From a virus (taxonomy: Duplodnaviria > Caudoviricetes), in IMG/VR virus record IMGVR_UViG_3300010944_000263, positions 1-64,000 of that record: a stretch of 64,000 nt of DNA. The stretch is one strand, 5' to 3'. The notes under the pieces are model-generated. The model saw nothing but the letters and a program-made list of their open reading frames with translations, was not told where the DNA came from and made no database searches. The position numbers and the translations under genes are program-made. The number at the start of each line of letters is the position of its first letter. Positions within the stretch are counted from its first letter, which is position 1. Below are positions 43,490 through 53,507 of the stretch, piece by piece.

Positions 43490-44730
43490 TATCGCCAAGC
43501 TCCACTGGGTTGAATTACTGCACTCGCACCCTCCCAAGCCCAATCACCGCTCAATGCAGACAGCAAAAGAATCATGTACTTTCCGCGAGCCCTAGGATAA
43601 CACCGATGGTTCACACCAGAAATCCATACGCCCATGCTGTGAATGTTCAAAGGCTCCTCTTCTTCCATCAGAGCCTCTATCGCCGCCTTAGCATTGACGC
43701 ACACCTGTTCAGCCGTGTCAGCAACCAAAACTCGCCAAATCACGTTTACACCGCCATTGGCTAGGATTCCATGCAACTGAATCAGCCTTCCGAACGTGTT
43801 CCCGTCTCCCATCAGAAACGGACCAATCGCTATATGCGAACCAGAGTACCCGACCTTAAACGGCCAAAACCCTTGCCGCTCAGTATCGAATAGCCAAGAA
43901 ACTTCGTCAGGGATATGCACATACACCCCACGAGTCTCATGGTCGTACTCTAGCACCGTTTCGTCATCGGTGACTCCCGTCAACTCTTCCGGAATCACAT
44001 CTTCTGATATCGCTTGCAAACCGTCTCCGCTCGCTCCGATCGTGTACAGACCATGCGACGACAGGAAGTAATATCGATCAAGATGATCCCGACACCACGC
44101 CTTCGGACCAACAATGCCAACATCTCGAGATATGTTTCGCATCGCGCCGCCATCAGCAGGATCGCCTTGGATAACCCAAACCGAGTCACTGGTGAAGGCT
44201 AGCATGTACGCATCCTTGTGAGGAATCAACGCAACAACGTCCGACCCCAACTCGCCAGCCTCAGCAAGCTGCATCGCAAATGGACGCATCACATCGCTGA
44301 CATCAGCACTGAGCGACCAATCCGCGTAATTGCCTACCCTGCTAGCATAGATAGCTCTGCCAGCAGGACAGACCATTCTGTCTCGATAGATGCACTGAGC
44401 TTCGTTGTACGGAGGAGCTCCAGAACCAACGTTCGCATACTGAACACCTCCGCTGTGAACAACAGAGACGTTCTCGATCAGTACTATTTGATTTCCATCT
44501 TCGTCTACAACATTATCGCCAGTGTCGTCAACGAAGTATTGGCTTTGCGTACTCGGGACCACTGCAGCCGCGGCAGGAGCCCAAGAACCGCCACGAAGCC
44601 GACCAGTGAAGTCTTCCATCCTCACATTCATGGAGTACGGAGCAAAATACCGATCTCTCCTGCCAGCTTGCTGCCGAAAGGAGAATCTTCTGCTGATTCC
44701 TGACGGAAAAACAATCTCTTTTGTCGGCAT
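43489..44730 (-). CDS. Tail nozzle/stabilisation protein (P22 gp10/T7 gp12-like beta-propeller)
   Basis: IYASRVGNYADW, ISRDVGIVGP, YYFLSSHGLY; located after the adaptor. Confidence 0.7.
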   Translation of the reverse strand: MPTKEIVFPSGISRRFSFRQQAGRRDRYFAPYSMNVRMEDFTGRLRGGSWAPAAAAVVPSTQSQYFVDDTGDNVVDEDGNQIVLIENVSVVHSGGVQYANVGSGAPPYNEAQCIYRDRMVCPAGRAIYASRVGNYADWSLSADVSDVMRPFAMQLAEAGELGSDVVALIPHKDAYMLAFTSDSVWVIQGDPADGGAMRNISRDVGIVGPKAWCRDHLDRYYFLSSHGLYTIGASGDGLQAISEDVIPEELTGVTDDETVLEYDHETRGVYVHIPDEVSWLFDTERQGFWPFKVGYSGSHIAIGPFLMGDGNTFGRLIQLHGILANGGVNVIWRVLVADTAEQVCVNAKAAIEALMEEEEPLNIHSMGVWISGVNHRCYPRARGKYMILLLSALSGDWAWEGASAVIQPSGAWR

Positions 44731-44738
44731 TCAATTTC

Positions 44739-45131
44739 TTACGCAGCAGCTTCGAGACCAGCGACAGTTCCGTTGCCAGCAATCGTGAACGCTTTCCAAC
44801 TGGTAGCTGACTCCGCAATCGCCACCACCATCTGATTGGCGGCAACAGCAGACTCAGCACTTGCGCCAGTTCCACCATTGATTGCAATAGTCGCAGGAGC
44901 ACTTGAGCGCAACTCACCACCAGTCGCAGCGCCGGCAATGATGACGATCTTGCCAGGAACAGGAGTTGGAAGAATCAAAATGTTGTCCGCGGCTCCCCAA
45001 GTCGGAGTGACAACCTGAATGAATCTTTCGTCAGGAATACGAACGCCAGAAGAGCTTGCAGTCAGCCGTACGGACCCTGGTCCCTCTTCCGAAAAAGCCT
45101 CAAGCAAATCATGCAAAATACGGTGACTCAT
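44739..45131 (-). CDS. Small structural protein
   Basis: Ala/Gly-rich beta protein; GAAGGG SD. Confidence 0.6.
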   Translation of the reverse strand: MSHRILHDLLEAFSEEGPGSVRLTASSSGVRIPDERFIQVVTPTWGAADNILILPTPVPGKIVIIAGAATGGELRSSAPATIAINGGTGASAESAVAANQMVVAIAESATSWKAFTIAGNGTVAGLEAAA

Positions 45132-45153
45132 AGTCAATCCCTTCAAAAATAGA

Positions 45154-45474
45154 TCAGTCTTTCAAAGTAACGCCAACAGAACCAGAAGCATTTCCGGTCA
45201 TCTTCAACCAAGCAGCTCCCTGAAGATCGGAAGGAATCGGATAAGATCGACCAGCAGCAACCGTCTGAGTAACTGCACCAGCCGAATTGTAAGCAGGAAG
45301 GTACGTCCCTCTCTCTTTAGTGGACACATGCCATGTCAGAGTCGTAATGCTGGAACCAGAAGGAACGTGAACCATTCCACGCTCAAAATCAGCATAAGGA
45401 ACAGCCTTGCTGCTAACTTCGCTAGTAGAAACGACAACAGATTCGATTGATGTAATGTAATGAGCGTTTGTCAT
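45154..45474 (-). CDS. Small structural protein
   Basis: 106 aa, beta-rich, coupled to the adaptor. Confidence 0.6.
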   Translation of the reverse strand: MTNAHYITSIESVVVSTSEVSSKAVPYADFERGMVHVPSGSSITTLTWHVSTKERGTYLPAYNSAGAVTQTVAAGRSYPIPSDLQGAAWLKMTGNASGSVGVTLKD

Positions 45475-46724
45475 AATCCGTTCCCGTTCAAAGTTAATCT
45501 TCCGATACGCTGCTCTCGCAACCGATAATCATAATCGAAAACGCTGAATTTACCACGTTCGCCCTTTGGAGCGTCTGGACCCAATGAAGTTGGCGAGCTT
45601 CTCTCCAAATCGTTGCGAATAGCCAATGCAATCATCTCCAGGAAACGTTTTTCGTGAACATGCTCCCTTTCCTCGAAATTGTGCTCGGCGCTAGCCAAAC
45701 ACGCTTCCAGGATGACCTGAGACAAGACCTCAGCTCCAATTGGGTACTGATTCACGCTATCTAGCATGACAGGACGCAGGAGCATCGGCACCCGCATGGT
45801 GTACTCTTCGTCTGGAGTTGGGTAAAACGCCAAGACCTTTCGACTGCCTACCGTTGGATCGAACATATCAGTGCGAACCGAGTAAAAGACAGGACGACCG
45901 AACTCGGGATTGTTCTGCTCGAACTTCCGAATAGCCTGATCGCCTCGCTGCTTCACCGGGGGATAGAACGCACTATCGCTTGGGTAATACGTCAAATCAC
46001 TGTCATTCGCAATCGCCTCGAACTCAACAGGCATTGGGATCTCAGGACGGGCTAGCTGGTAGTTCGAAGCCGAAGCGACGTTCACCGACCCGTTATCAAG
46101 CGTAATCTGGGTATTTCCGTCCCGGCTCGCCACCGAGTAGTAGTTCCCGTTCACCTTAAAAATGCCATCTTCTGCCCAGCTTGGGAAGGATCCGCCAGTC
46201 AGAGTAACGACACCAGCAGAGACAGTAACCGTTCCAGTGACGTACGGCGCCGTTGTAGACACATCAACCACCGGACGGAAGAATGACCAGTCATGCGAAG
46301 CGTACACACGCTGCAGTCCATCCTGAATGCAATCTTCGATGTCAGAAACCTGATCCGCCGAAAAGTCGCTTCGGATCCCAAATAAGTAATGCCCAACACG
46401 TTCCTTGAGATTCAAGTAGCTGATAGCCATGCGGCTACCAATGAACACATCAGCGCGAGCATCAAAGTCCGACTCGAAGAAATACGTCGAACTTCCGTAA
46501 AGAAACTCCACGAACGCCGTGTACGGGACGCCTACCACGTCATCGAACTGGTACTCATACGTTCCAACATCAACGCGGAGCATTGCCGTTCCATCTGCAA
46601 CAACAACCTCGTTAGTGTCCGTTCTCTTAACGCCATACGTGCCTGTAGGATCAGACAGAACCGCCGAAACAACATCAGTAGGCACGCCGTTGACTTTGAA
46701 AACCTGACGAATCGTACGCGACAT
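45471..46724 (-). CDS. Head-tail adaptor-like protein with an extra N-terminal domain
   Basis: IQDGLQRVYASHDWSF; GRPVFYSV; FYPTPDEEY adaptor-type motifs. Confidence 0.7.
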   Translation of the reverse strand: MSRTIRQVFKVNGVPTDVVSAVLSDPTGTYGVKRTDTNEVVVADGTAMLRVDVGTYEYQFDDVVGVPYTAFVEFLYGSSTYFFESDFDARADVFIGSRMAISYLNLKERVGHYLFGIRSDFSADQVSDIEDCIQDGLQRVYASHDWSFFRPVVDVSTTAPYVTGTVTVSAGVVTLTGGSFPSWAEDGIFKVNGNYYSVASRDGNTQITLDNGSVNVASASNYQLARPEIPMPVEFEAIANDSDLTYYPSDSAFYPPVKQRGDQAIRKFEQNNPEFGRPVFYSVRTDMFDPTVGSRKVLAFYPTPDEEYTMRVPMLLRPVMLDSVNQYPIGAEVLSQVILEACLASAEHNFEEREHVHEKRFLEMIALAIRNDLERSSPTSLGPDAPKGERGKFSVFDYDYRLREQRIGRLTLNGNGL

Positions 46725-46725
46725 A

Positions 46726-47037
46726 CTATTGCACCGTTATGTTGTTGCCTTCAACGCTCACATTGACTTGGCTACCGCCAGCCTTGCTAAGAGGGTAATT
46801 GTCGACAGCCGCAAACAACTCGACAGAGCGCATGCCGCTGTTACCCTGAGCATCTCCGCAGCGAAAGGACCATTCGCCAACCAAACTCTCATTGACCGTG
46901 ATTCTGTACTCCCAGGATCCGCTTCCACCGATAGGCGTCATTGCGTAGCTAGCCGCTGGAGTCCCAGTACCGCCTCGGCTAACAGCATAGGCTAACGACG
47001 TGTTTGGGTACGCACTTAGCTCAATCGTTTTAGCCAT
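46726..47037 (-). CDS. Small structural/hypothetical protein
   Basis: 103-aa beta-rich ORF. Confidence 0.6.
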   Translation of the reverse strand: MAKTIELSAYPNTSLAYAVSRGGTGTPAASYAMTPIGGSGSWEYRITVNESLVGEWSFRCGDAQGNSGMRSVELFAAVDNYPLSKAGGSQVNVSVEGNNITVQ

Positions 47038-47052
47038 TTTTCGACTCCGGAA

Positions 47053-47074
47053 TTTTGTGACAGGCTGTCAAAAA
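47053..47074. repeat. Palindrome copy TTTTGTGACA-GGC-TGTCAAAAA
   Basis: Intergenic member of the motif family. Confidence 0.85.
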
Positions 47075-47078
47075 TCGC

Positions 47079-47765
47079 CTAATCGACGACCTTCGACACC
47101 ACCGAACCGATTCCATTGTACCACTCCTGCCACGTTCTATCACGAATGCACGCGCCAGGAAATTCCAACAAAACAGGCTCATAACTCTGCAATTCCATGG
47201 TTGTCGTAAACTTCTGACGAAAATAAAGCGGCTCATTCCATGGTCGACGAGCACCCCGCCAATCGTACGCCGTCATGTACTGAGCATCTCGCTGGGTAAT
47301 CTGCTCCCCAGGCTCCAACGCAGGAGACATGATGTCACTTTGCACCGAAGAATGATGATTTCCGCCAGCTAAGTGCATGAATTCGTGAACCATCGCAGTA
47401 ACGCATGTCAGCATACTGCCTCCAAAATTGAACACCGGAGAAATGCGAATCTCCAATCTCGAGCGATTCGCCCACGCAGCCCATCCAGGACCTCCAACGG
47501 AAGCCGAGCAAATGAACTTTACTCTCGCATTGGGGACTGTGAGCTGCTTTCCGCGGATTGCCCAATACTCACCAAGGTAGTCAAACATCGCCTGAAGTGC
47601 TCCCCACTTGAACGTCGGATTCACCCTGGCTCCTCTGTCAATCAATCGAACCCATGTAATTTCTCGCATCACTTGCTCCTTTGTCTGCATTCCTAAATAG
47701 AAACCGCATTGTACCGCACTCACAACCCAAACGCTAAAAAGGATTTTCGGAACAACTCGTTGCAC
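47079..47765 (-). CDS. Metzincin (matrixin/M10-like) zinc metallopeptidase
   Basis: HEFMHLAGGNH (HExxHxxGxxH) and Met-turn DIMSP; alternative start ATG 47669 with AAGGAG. Confidence 0.8.
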   Translation of the reverse strand: MQRVVPKILFSVWVVSAVQCGFYLGMQTKEQVMREITWVRLIDRGARVNPTFKWGALQAMFDYLGEYWAIRGKQLTVPNARVKFICSASVGGPGWAAWANRSRLEIRISPVFNFGGSMLTCVTAMVHEFMHLAGGNHHSSVQSDIMSPALEPGEQITQRDAQYMTAYDWRGARRPWNEPLYFRQKFTTTMELQSYEPVLLEFPGACIRDRTWQEWYNGIGSVVSKVVD

Positions 47766-47826
47766 TTAAAGAATCCGCAATTAGCATTGATTAGAGAGTG
47801 TAACGCCAATCATCTAGGAGAATCAC

Positions 47827-48837
47827 ATGCCAAAGCAAAAGCAAACCTTACGAGAAGTCTGGACACAATACGGACTTGAAGAATCGAAGAGCGTCAATTC
47901 GAGAAAGCACAACGCGGAAATGGGGCTCCATCTGCGCCGATGGGAATCGCACTTCACCGAAAAGAAGGGATGCCGAATTAACAAAGTCGACCGCCAGAAG
48001 ATGGAGGCGTGGCGAAGAGCGTTACTTGATTCAGGATTATCACCACGCACTGCAAACAAGCACTTGGCAACCATCAGACGCATACTGATTCTTGCCGAAG
48101 ACAATAACATCATCCAGCATCGCCCAAAGCTCAAGTCACTTGTCGACAACCTTGGAACGCACAAACTCTATCTTCGAAATGAACAGATTGATGCGTTATT
48201 CGATGTAGCCGACTCGCTTAGATGGCCGAACGGTCCAGTACCAGCTTCCGACTGGTGGCGATGCGCGATCATCATGTATCGGACCTACGGGTTTCGAACG
48301 CAAGAGTTGCTAGCCTACGAGTCATCGAAATCACCGCTGACATGGCAATCCGTCACCAAGGAAAAGGAATCGCCGGATCTCGATTCAAACGAAACCAGCG
48401 AGTTTGGGTGGCTTTCCTACGTCCCCCCTAAGACGCGAAAGAAGAAGCCTCGCCCGATCACCGTACCGTTGACCAAGTACACTCGCGCCGCTCTGGATGT
48501 TATGGAGCTTGCGAAGGAATCGGAATCGAGCCAGCTATTCCCGTCACCGAGAAACCAAGAGCGATTTTTTGAGACGTGGTACGGTTGGATGGAGGCCGCT
48601 GGAGTGAAGCCTAAGAACCCCGAGCTTGTCTTTCAACCGAGGCACCTGCGAAAGACTGCGGCGACCTACCTGAACCAGCATCGGGAAGGGCTCGCATCTG
48701 CCGTCTGCCGCTGGGGGAAGAGCGCCGAGGCGGATGTAGCCCAAGAACATTACATTGCGAACGACTTGCTGTTACGCGAGCTGCATAACGTAGAGGTTCC
48801 GAAGTCGTTTGAGGCGTTTCTGGGAGCGACCAAGTAG
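47827..48837 (+). CDS. int: Tyrosine recombinase/integrase
   Basis: LSPRTANKHL SAM-like domain; catalytic R (YGFRTQEL), K (PKT), HLR, W, Y (QEHY); AGGAG SD. Confidence 0.9.
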   Translation: MPKQKQTLREVWTQYGLEESKSVNSRKHNAEMGLHLRRWESHFTEKKGCRINKVDRQKMEAWRRALLDSGLSPRTANKHLATIRRILILAEDNNIIQHRPKLKSLVDNLGTHKLYLRNEQIDALFDVADSLRWPNGPVPASDWWRCAIIMYRTYGFRTQELLAYESSKSPLTWQSVTKEKESPDLDSNETSEFGWLSYVPPKTRKKKPRPITVPLTKYTRAALDVMELAKESESSQLFPSPRNQERFFETWYGWMEAAGVKPKNPELVFQPRHLRKTAATYLNQHREGLASAVCRWGKSAEADVAQEHYIANDLLLRELHNVEVPKSFEAFLGATK

Positions 48838-48874
48838 ACATGCCGTCATCATGACCGCAATTGTTCGTCGCCGT

Positions 48875-48894
48875 TTTGTGACAAGTTGTCAAAG
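48875..48894 (+). repeat. Left copy of a 20-bp direct repeat, TTTGTGACAAGTTGTCAAAG
   Basis: 19/20 identical to 55422-55441; 38 nt after the integrase stop; variant of the palindrome family. Confidence 0.8.
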
Positions 48895-49380
48895 TTCCAA
48901 GCACTCCCTGACCCGTCGCTCGTATTCGGCTTCGCAAGCTGCTTTGGCTTCGCCTTCCGATTCAGCCTTCTTGATCAAAATACCGTTACACTGTGCCACC
49001 CAATGCTGCGCGAACCTTGGCTTCCAAACCGAAAAAACACCAATCGAAGCGTGAGCGTCCATCGATCCTTCAAGACCGCACAGTTCCCACACTAGCGGCT
49101 TGATCTGCGGCATCGATTCCTTCTGGACTCTTGCGTACTCGCTCAAAGGCATTGTCCAGTCTGGTTGAAAATCTGTGCAAACAGTATCTGGGATCGGCAT
49201 CCCAACATCCTGCATGACCTGCTCATGCAAACGCTTGTTTCGCCGATCGAGTTCGTCTGCAATCTCGCGAAGGTGCGACGCGGTTAGGTACGTGTTGTTT
49301 TCTGTCCAATACACTTCGTACCCGTCTGCACATTTGTTCAACGCTTGCTGCTCATTCAGGCTTTCAATCAATCTGCTCAT
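48889..49380 (-). CDS. Hypothetical protein
   Basis: AGAGGGG SD before ATG 49380; IKPLVW...AKAACEAEY motif. Confidence 0.6.
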   Translation of the reverse strand: MSRLIESLNEQQALNKCADGYEVYWTENNTYLTASHLREIADELDRRNKRLHEQVMQDVGMPIPDTVCTDFQPDWTMPLSEYARVQKESMPQIKPLVWELCGLEGSMDAHASIGVFSVWKPRFAQHWVAQCNGILIKKAESEGEAKAACEAEYERRVRECLEL

Positions 49381-49405
49381 TTTCCCCTCTGCACTTGCGG
49401 ACGAA

Positions 49406-49657
49406 CTACCGGCACTTGTTACCTGTTCCTTTACATCGACCGCACGGTATACCTGGACCTGTAGACCCAACGAATGCAATCCCACCATACCCATCGCACG
49501 CAGGGCAGTCACGGTCCTTAATCTCCAGCCATGTTGACCATGCGTCATCTTGCGACATCTCCCCGCTTGCTACCTTTCGTAACAAATCAGCAAATCGCTC
49601 ATCAATTGGCTGCTTTTTCTTACCGATTCGCTTGAGGGTTTCTTTCGTCCATGCCAT
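49406..49657 (-). CDS. Small protein with DnaJ-like Zn finger
   Basis: CPACDGYG...CGRCKGTG. Confidence 0.6.
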   Translation of the reverse strand: MAWTKETLKRIGKKKQPIDERFADLLRKVASGEMSQDDAWSTWLEIKDRDCPACDGYGGIAFVGSTGPGIPCGRCKGTGNKCR

Positions 49658-49722
49658 CTTTGAGTCCTTACTGATGCGGCTAACTAACCGGCACTTGCTG
49701 CCTCGATAACAATACGTCGGAC

Positions 49723-50091
49723 TTAATGCCATGCTCCACAAGCGCACGGTCCATCGTCTGAGTCACAACGAATACCGGCGTTGCTGCCGTAATCGACCGA
49801 TCCATTTCGGTCTTTTGCCTCGCCCGATTCCCACTCTCGTAATTGATCGCCGAGCCTGTTTAAGGCTTCGCGAAGATTATGCGATGACTCTTCGTGCATC
49901 AGCAAGCATGGGACGGGAAAGTTACTTTCTAGCCGCGACGCCCTGACCGTATCGGTCGCCAGCTTATCCAGCGTCTCAATCCGATCCGCAGCTTCACGAA
50001 TCACCGACGTTGCAACACCGTCCTCGCAATGAATGTCGTTGGCAAGGATGCGGAGGGCTTTGATTAGCGTGTTTGTGTCTGTTTGTTTCAT
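49723..50091 (-). CDS. Hypothetical phage protein
   Basis: 122 aa; REAADRIETL motif. Confidence 0.6.
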   Translation of the reverse strand: MKQTDTNTLIKALRILANDIHCEDGVATSVIREAADRIETLDKLATDTVRASRLESNFPVPCLLMHEESSHNLREALNRLGDQLREWESGEAKDRNGSVDYGSNAGIRCDSDDGPCACGAWH

Positions 50092-50447
50092 ACTATTTCG
50101 TGTTTCGCTAACTTTGTTTCGTCAAACGGCTCGCAAGCCCCGTACACGGCGAAGTACTCGCAATCATCGTGAGGCAGTCCATCATCCAGCTCGAAGCTGC
50201 CTTGGCCACCCTTATCTCGTTCGTCGAAGTAACGAGGCATGACCCGAGCAAGCCTCTTGTCATCACGTAGCAACTTACGAACGTCTTCCCGAGTCCAACC
50301 TGCTGATCGGTAGAAACGCAGGCAAAGGTTTGCTTGTACTATTCTGCGACGCACGATGTCCGGCGGATAGTGTTCGCATCCAGTCACATAGCCACGCTCG
50401 GAGTCGCAGCATAAGGCACCGCAGCGTTCGCAATTAAAGTTACTCAT
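50088..50447 (-). CDS. Hypothetical Cys-rich phage protein
   Basis: CERCGALCCD...GCEHYPPD. Confidence 0.6.
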   Translation of the reverse strand: MSNFNCERCGALCCDSERGYVTGCEHYPPDIVRRRIVQANLCLRFYRSAGWTREDVRKLLRDDKRLARVMPRYFDERDKGGQGSFELDDGLPHDDCEYFAVYGACEPFDETKLAKHEIV

Positions 50448-50451
50448 CGCT

Positions 50452-50685
50452 TTACTTGATCCCCAAGGCGTCTTTGATTGATCTTTGACACGCACCGAAA
50501 CCATCTCGATACGCTTTGCGATACACCGCCTCGATCAAGTTGCGTATCTGCGGCGCAATCCTCTCGCCGTTCTCTTTCGAGAGAGCTTCGATGGGTGTGT
50601 ACGTGTACCAGCCGTCCACAGTGAACTCGACCCACCATCTTTCGTTTTCTTCCGTAACTCGCGTTTTTATTGCTGGCGTGCTCAT
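50452..50685 (-). CDS. Hypothetical protein
   Basis: AAAGGTAG SD before ATG 50685. Confidence 0.55.
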   Translation of the reverse strand: MSTPAIKTRVTEENERWWVEFTVDGWYTYTPIEALSKENGERIAPQIRNLIEAVYRKAYRDGFGACQRSIKDALGIK

Positions 50686-50758
50686 CGCTCTACCTTTTTC
50701 CTGACGCCGGGAACATGCCGGTTCAACAGCCGCACTACTAAATTGCCATAACTCCACG

Positions 50759-51142
50759 TTATCGTGACGTTCCAATCAGCAATCCGATGGCATGGTTGAC
50801 CATCCCGCCTATTGCGTCAATCTCTTCCTCATCGTTTTGCTCGCGGATTGACTTGCGATCCCGCAACTTTCCAAGCCGTTCTCGCACATCAAACAGCAGG
50901 TTGTATGTCCTTAGCTCCCGCTCTGTCTTTGCTTCCGGCTTCGTGTTGCAGAATGGGTCCAACGCGTTCACTAGACCGCGAACGTCTTTTACATCCAGTA
51001 ACGCCGAGACTGTTATTCCATCGTGCTCAATCCCGATCCGAACGCCTTCGCGATACGGTTCTCTCATGTTGTCATACTCTATACACAACAACGATCCATC
51101 CAATCCGTCGATTCGCTTAGTCTTTGCTCTGATGATTCGCAC
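50759..51142 (-). CDS. Hypothetical protein
   Basis: 127-aa ORF with GTG start. Confidence 0.55.
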   Translation of the reverse strand: MRIIRAKTKRIDGLDGSLLCIEYDNMREPYREGVRIGIEHDGITVSALLDVKDVRGLVNALDPFCNTKPEAKTERELRTYNLLFDVRERLGKLRDRKSIREQNDEEEIDAIGGMVNHAIGLLIGTSR

Positions 51143-51213
51143 GATAACTCTTCCAATTGCGGCACACTTCGGTGCACCTGGTTAATCCTTGCGTATACCT
51201 GAGCCGCTATGGT

Positions 51214-51831
51214 TCACCTGACCATAGACAGAAGAACGTCCCGAAACTCTGGAGGAGTTACGTTCCTGATCTTCGTTTTGTTCTTTCCGCCTATCATCGC
51301 CATCATGCCGATGCGGCGGGCTTTTTCGTATCCGTAACGCTCTAACGCTACCGGATGCAATCTTTGCTCACACTCGCCCCATCGAAGCGGTTTTAGCTCC
51401 ACACCGACTGCATACAGCCACGTCGCTTTCCGGCTCATGTGCCCGTAATGCCCTTGCTCGATATGGCAAGTCATGCCACCGAACGAATCAGCCGGAACCC
51501 AGCCGCCACGGACTGGAGGAATCGACAACCCAAAGAATTGCCAAGCCTTTGAATGTGCCGGATGCTCCAAAACTCCTCCATAATTGCGAACGGAAGTCAA
51601 TGCCGAGGCAAAGCATCCTCCATCTTCTCCCAATCGAAACTGATGCGGCTTGGCTGTCGATCCATGCCAGAACTTACCCCATCTCTGGCAGGGCGGATGA
51701 GCAATAACCTTATACGGACCACGGTATAGCCTGGCGTCTCGCGCCTCATCCCAAAGATCGACACCTTCAACGTCAGAATAAACCCCGTCTGGCTCTACGA
51801 ACAGAGCTGCGATCATTGGCGTGTCGCTCAT
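51214..51831 (-). CDS. Phage cytosine-methyltransferase-like protein (AHPPC family)
   Basis: IAALFV...DLWDEARDAR...IAHPPCQ (PC catalytic dipeptide)...GVLEHP. Confidence 0.55.
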   Translation of the reverse strand: MSDTPMIAALFVEPDGVYSDVEGVDLWDEARDARLYRGPYKVIAHPPCQRWGKFWHGSTAKPHQFRLGEDGGCFASALTSVRNYGGVLEHPAHSKAWQFFGLSIPPVRGGWVPADSFGGMTCHIEQGHYGHMSRKATWLYAVGVELKPLRWGECEQRLHPVALERYGYEKARRIGMMAMIGGKNKTKIRNVTPPEFRDVLLSMVR

Positions 51832-52148
51832 GCTCTACCTCCAATTGCGGACGTTTGGTCCGCATCAGTTACAGTTACCTTCTGGATCACTTCGTCAATT
51901 CTGCGTGCTGTGGATATGCAATGGTCGTGCATATTGCCCTTCGATGCCGCGATCATCGCATCAAACATTACGCGAGCCAGCTTGAGAACGTCTAGCATCT
52001 CTGGAGCCGCTGCAATCAATCGTGCGTTCGCTTCCTGTTGTTTTGTGTGTTCCGGAAACCACGCCTTCACGAAAGCAACATGGTAACAATCGCCAGCAAT
52101 GACTTCACTCTTGCCATCAACAAGTCTCCACGGTCCCGGCGTGTGCAT
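51828..52148 (-). CDS. Conserved phage protein (HTPGPW...NARLIAAAP)
   Basis: Widespread phage small-protein motif. Confidence 0.7.
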   Translation of the reverse strand: MHTPGPWRLVDGKSEVIAGDCYHVAFVKAWFPEHTKQQEANARLIAAAPEMLDVLKLARVMFDAMIAASKGNMHDHCISTARRIDEVIQKVTVTDADQTSAIGGRA

Positions 52149-52505
52149 TTACTTGCCCTCCGATGCTTTCGTTGGGAGCACAATCTGACCGGATTCGGTA
52201 ACAATTACGCTGTCTTCTTCGCTAATCACCATGCCGCGAATTTCTTGAAGCACGCGAGTAGGAATCCTCATGCAGCATTCGCCGTCGTTCTCAATATCGA
52301 CTGGACTCATTGCAACTTCGCTAAGCAACAGAACCATCTTGGGATTGTCCGAGATAGCTTTTTGGTTCTTCGCTAACCACTCCGTCCATATCGCAATGCG
52401 TCTTCGGTAATCGCAAATTTTCGACCACATTCTTTTGATGCGTTCGTCGTCCGATTGCTCGGCAAACTCTTGCATCTCGATGATTCCAAACTTTGCTTTG
52501 CTCAT
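52149..52505 (-). CDS. Hypothetical protein
   Basis: 118-aa ORF with ATGA coupling. Confidence 0.6.
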   Translation of the reverse strand: MSKAKFGIIEMQEFAEQSDDERIKRMWSKICDYRRRIAIWTEWLAKNQKAISDNPKMVLLLSEVAMSPVDIENDGECCMRIPTRVLQEIRGMVISEEDSVIVTESGQIVLPTKASEGK

Positions 52506-52849
52506 TCTTCATCCGATGCGGCGGTTGGGGCCGCACTTGCTTCTACCATAGAAAACGAAACCGTCTGGTAAAACCATTTTGGAATCTTGTTTGTCTCGTT
52601 CCATTCGCCGACTTCCGACTTCTTGGACAGATACTCTCGAAGAATTGGCGGTATCTGTTCGTCTCTCAACGTAATGATTGCAGTGCGACGTTCTGCATCT
52701 CCCCCAACTTGAATAATCGACTCTACGTCGCAAACTGTGACTGCAATTTGAACCACGATCACTCCCCATTGCGGACTTTGCCGCGATTCTAAATCCAATG
52801 GTACTTTCGAAACGCATCGACCAATTCGATGACGTTCATATGCTGCCAT
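52502..52849 (-). CDS. Hypothetical protein (start uncertain)
   Basis: Fills the gap in the operon; stop coupled to the next gene. Confidence 0.5.
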   Translation of the reverse strand: MAAYERHRIGRCVSKVPLDLESRQSPQWGVIVVQIAVTVCDVESIIQVGGDAERRTAIITLRDEQIPPILREYLSKKSEVGEWNETNKIPKWFYQTVSFSMVEASAAPTAASDEE

Positions 52850-53040
52850 CGGCGATCTTCCATGATTGCAACAGCTTCATCCGGTCCTAAGCCTCCGCGA
52901 CTCGCTAATGTCTTGAAGTCTTGCCCTCCGTGGTTCTTCAACGCTCGCGGCTCCGACTCGATAGGAAGCAGGACAAACTTAGGAAACCCGTCTGGCATGT
53001 GCCTAGACAGCAAAGGCATTTTGAACTCAGTCAATTTCAT
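52789..53040 (-). CDS. Hypothetical phage protein
   Basis: ALKNHGGQDFKTLASRGGL motif. Confidence 0.6.
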   Translation of the reverse strand: MKLTEFKMPLLSRHMPDGFPKFVLLPIESEPRALKNHGGQDFKTLASRGGLGPDEAVAIMEDRRWQHMNVIELVDAFRKYHWI

Positions 53041-53467
53041 CTTGTCCTTTTTTCAAGAACAGCCTGTCCATCAATCGTGCCCGTGCGTTTTTCGCTTCCG
53101 GAGACTGATCTGGCATCCATTGCAGTCTTGGTGGGTTAGCATCGTACATCGGACCACGGGCGGTTACCTGCGTACCATCTAGGTCCTCTGCGTGTTCCTC
53201 ACTGACTCGACGCAAATCATCTAGCCATGCGGGACGTTCTCCGCCCATCAAGAATTCCCGTAATTGCTTGCAACACTGCATTCGGTCGCGAACATACAAC
53301 GCTTCGTCTTGATTTGCTGGACCGTATACATACAGCCAAGGTGCGCTGCAGTTATTCACGTCGGTAACAACCATCGTTCCGCTTTGGTAGCACTGATGCT
53401 CCCACTTCTCTTCGCTAGGACACTTCGGATGAATGCTGCCGCAGTGCTTGCAGTTTAGGCTTGGCAT
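53027..53467 (-). CDS. Hypothetical protein
   Basis: 146 aa with N-terminal CKHCGSIH..C. Confidence 0.6.
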   Translation of the reverse strand: MPSLNCKHCGSIHPKCPSEEKWEHQCYQSGTMVVTDVNNCSAPWLYVYGPANQDEALYVRDRMQCCKQLREFLMGGERPAWLDDLRRVSEEHAEDLDGTQVTARGPMYDANPPRLQWMPDQSPEAKNARARLMDRLFLKKGQDEID

Positions 53468-53507
53468 TTTTGCATCACTCCCACTTGCCGCTATCTAGGC
53501 CGCACTT

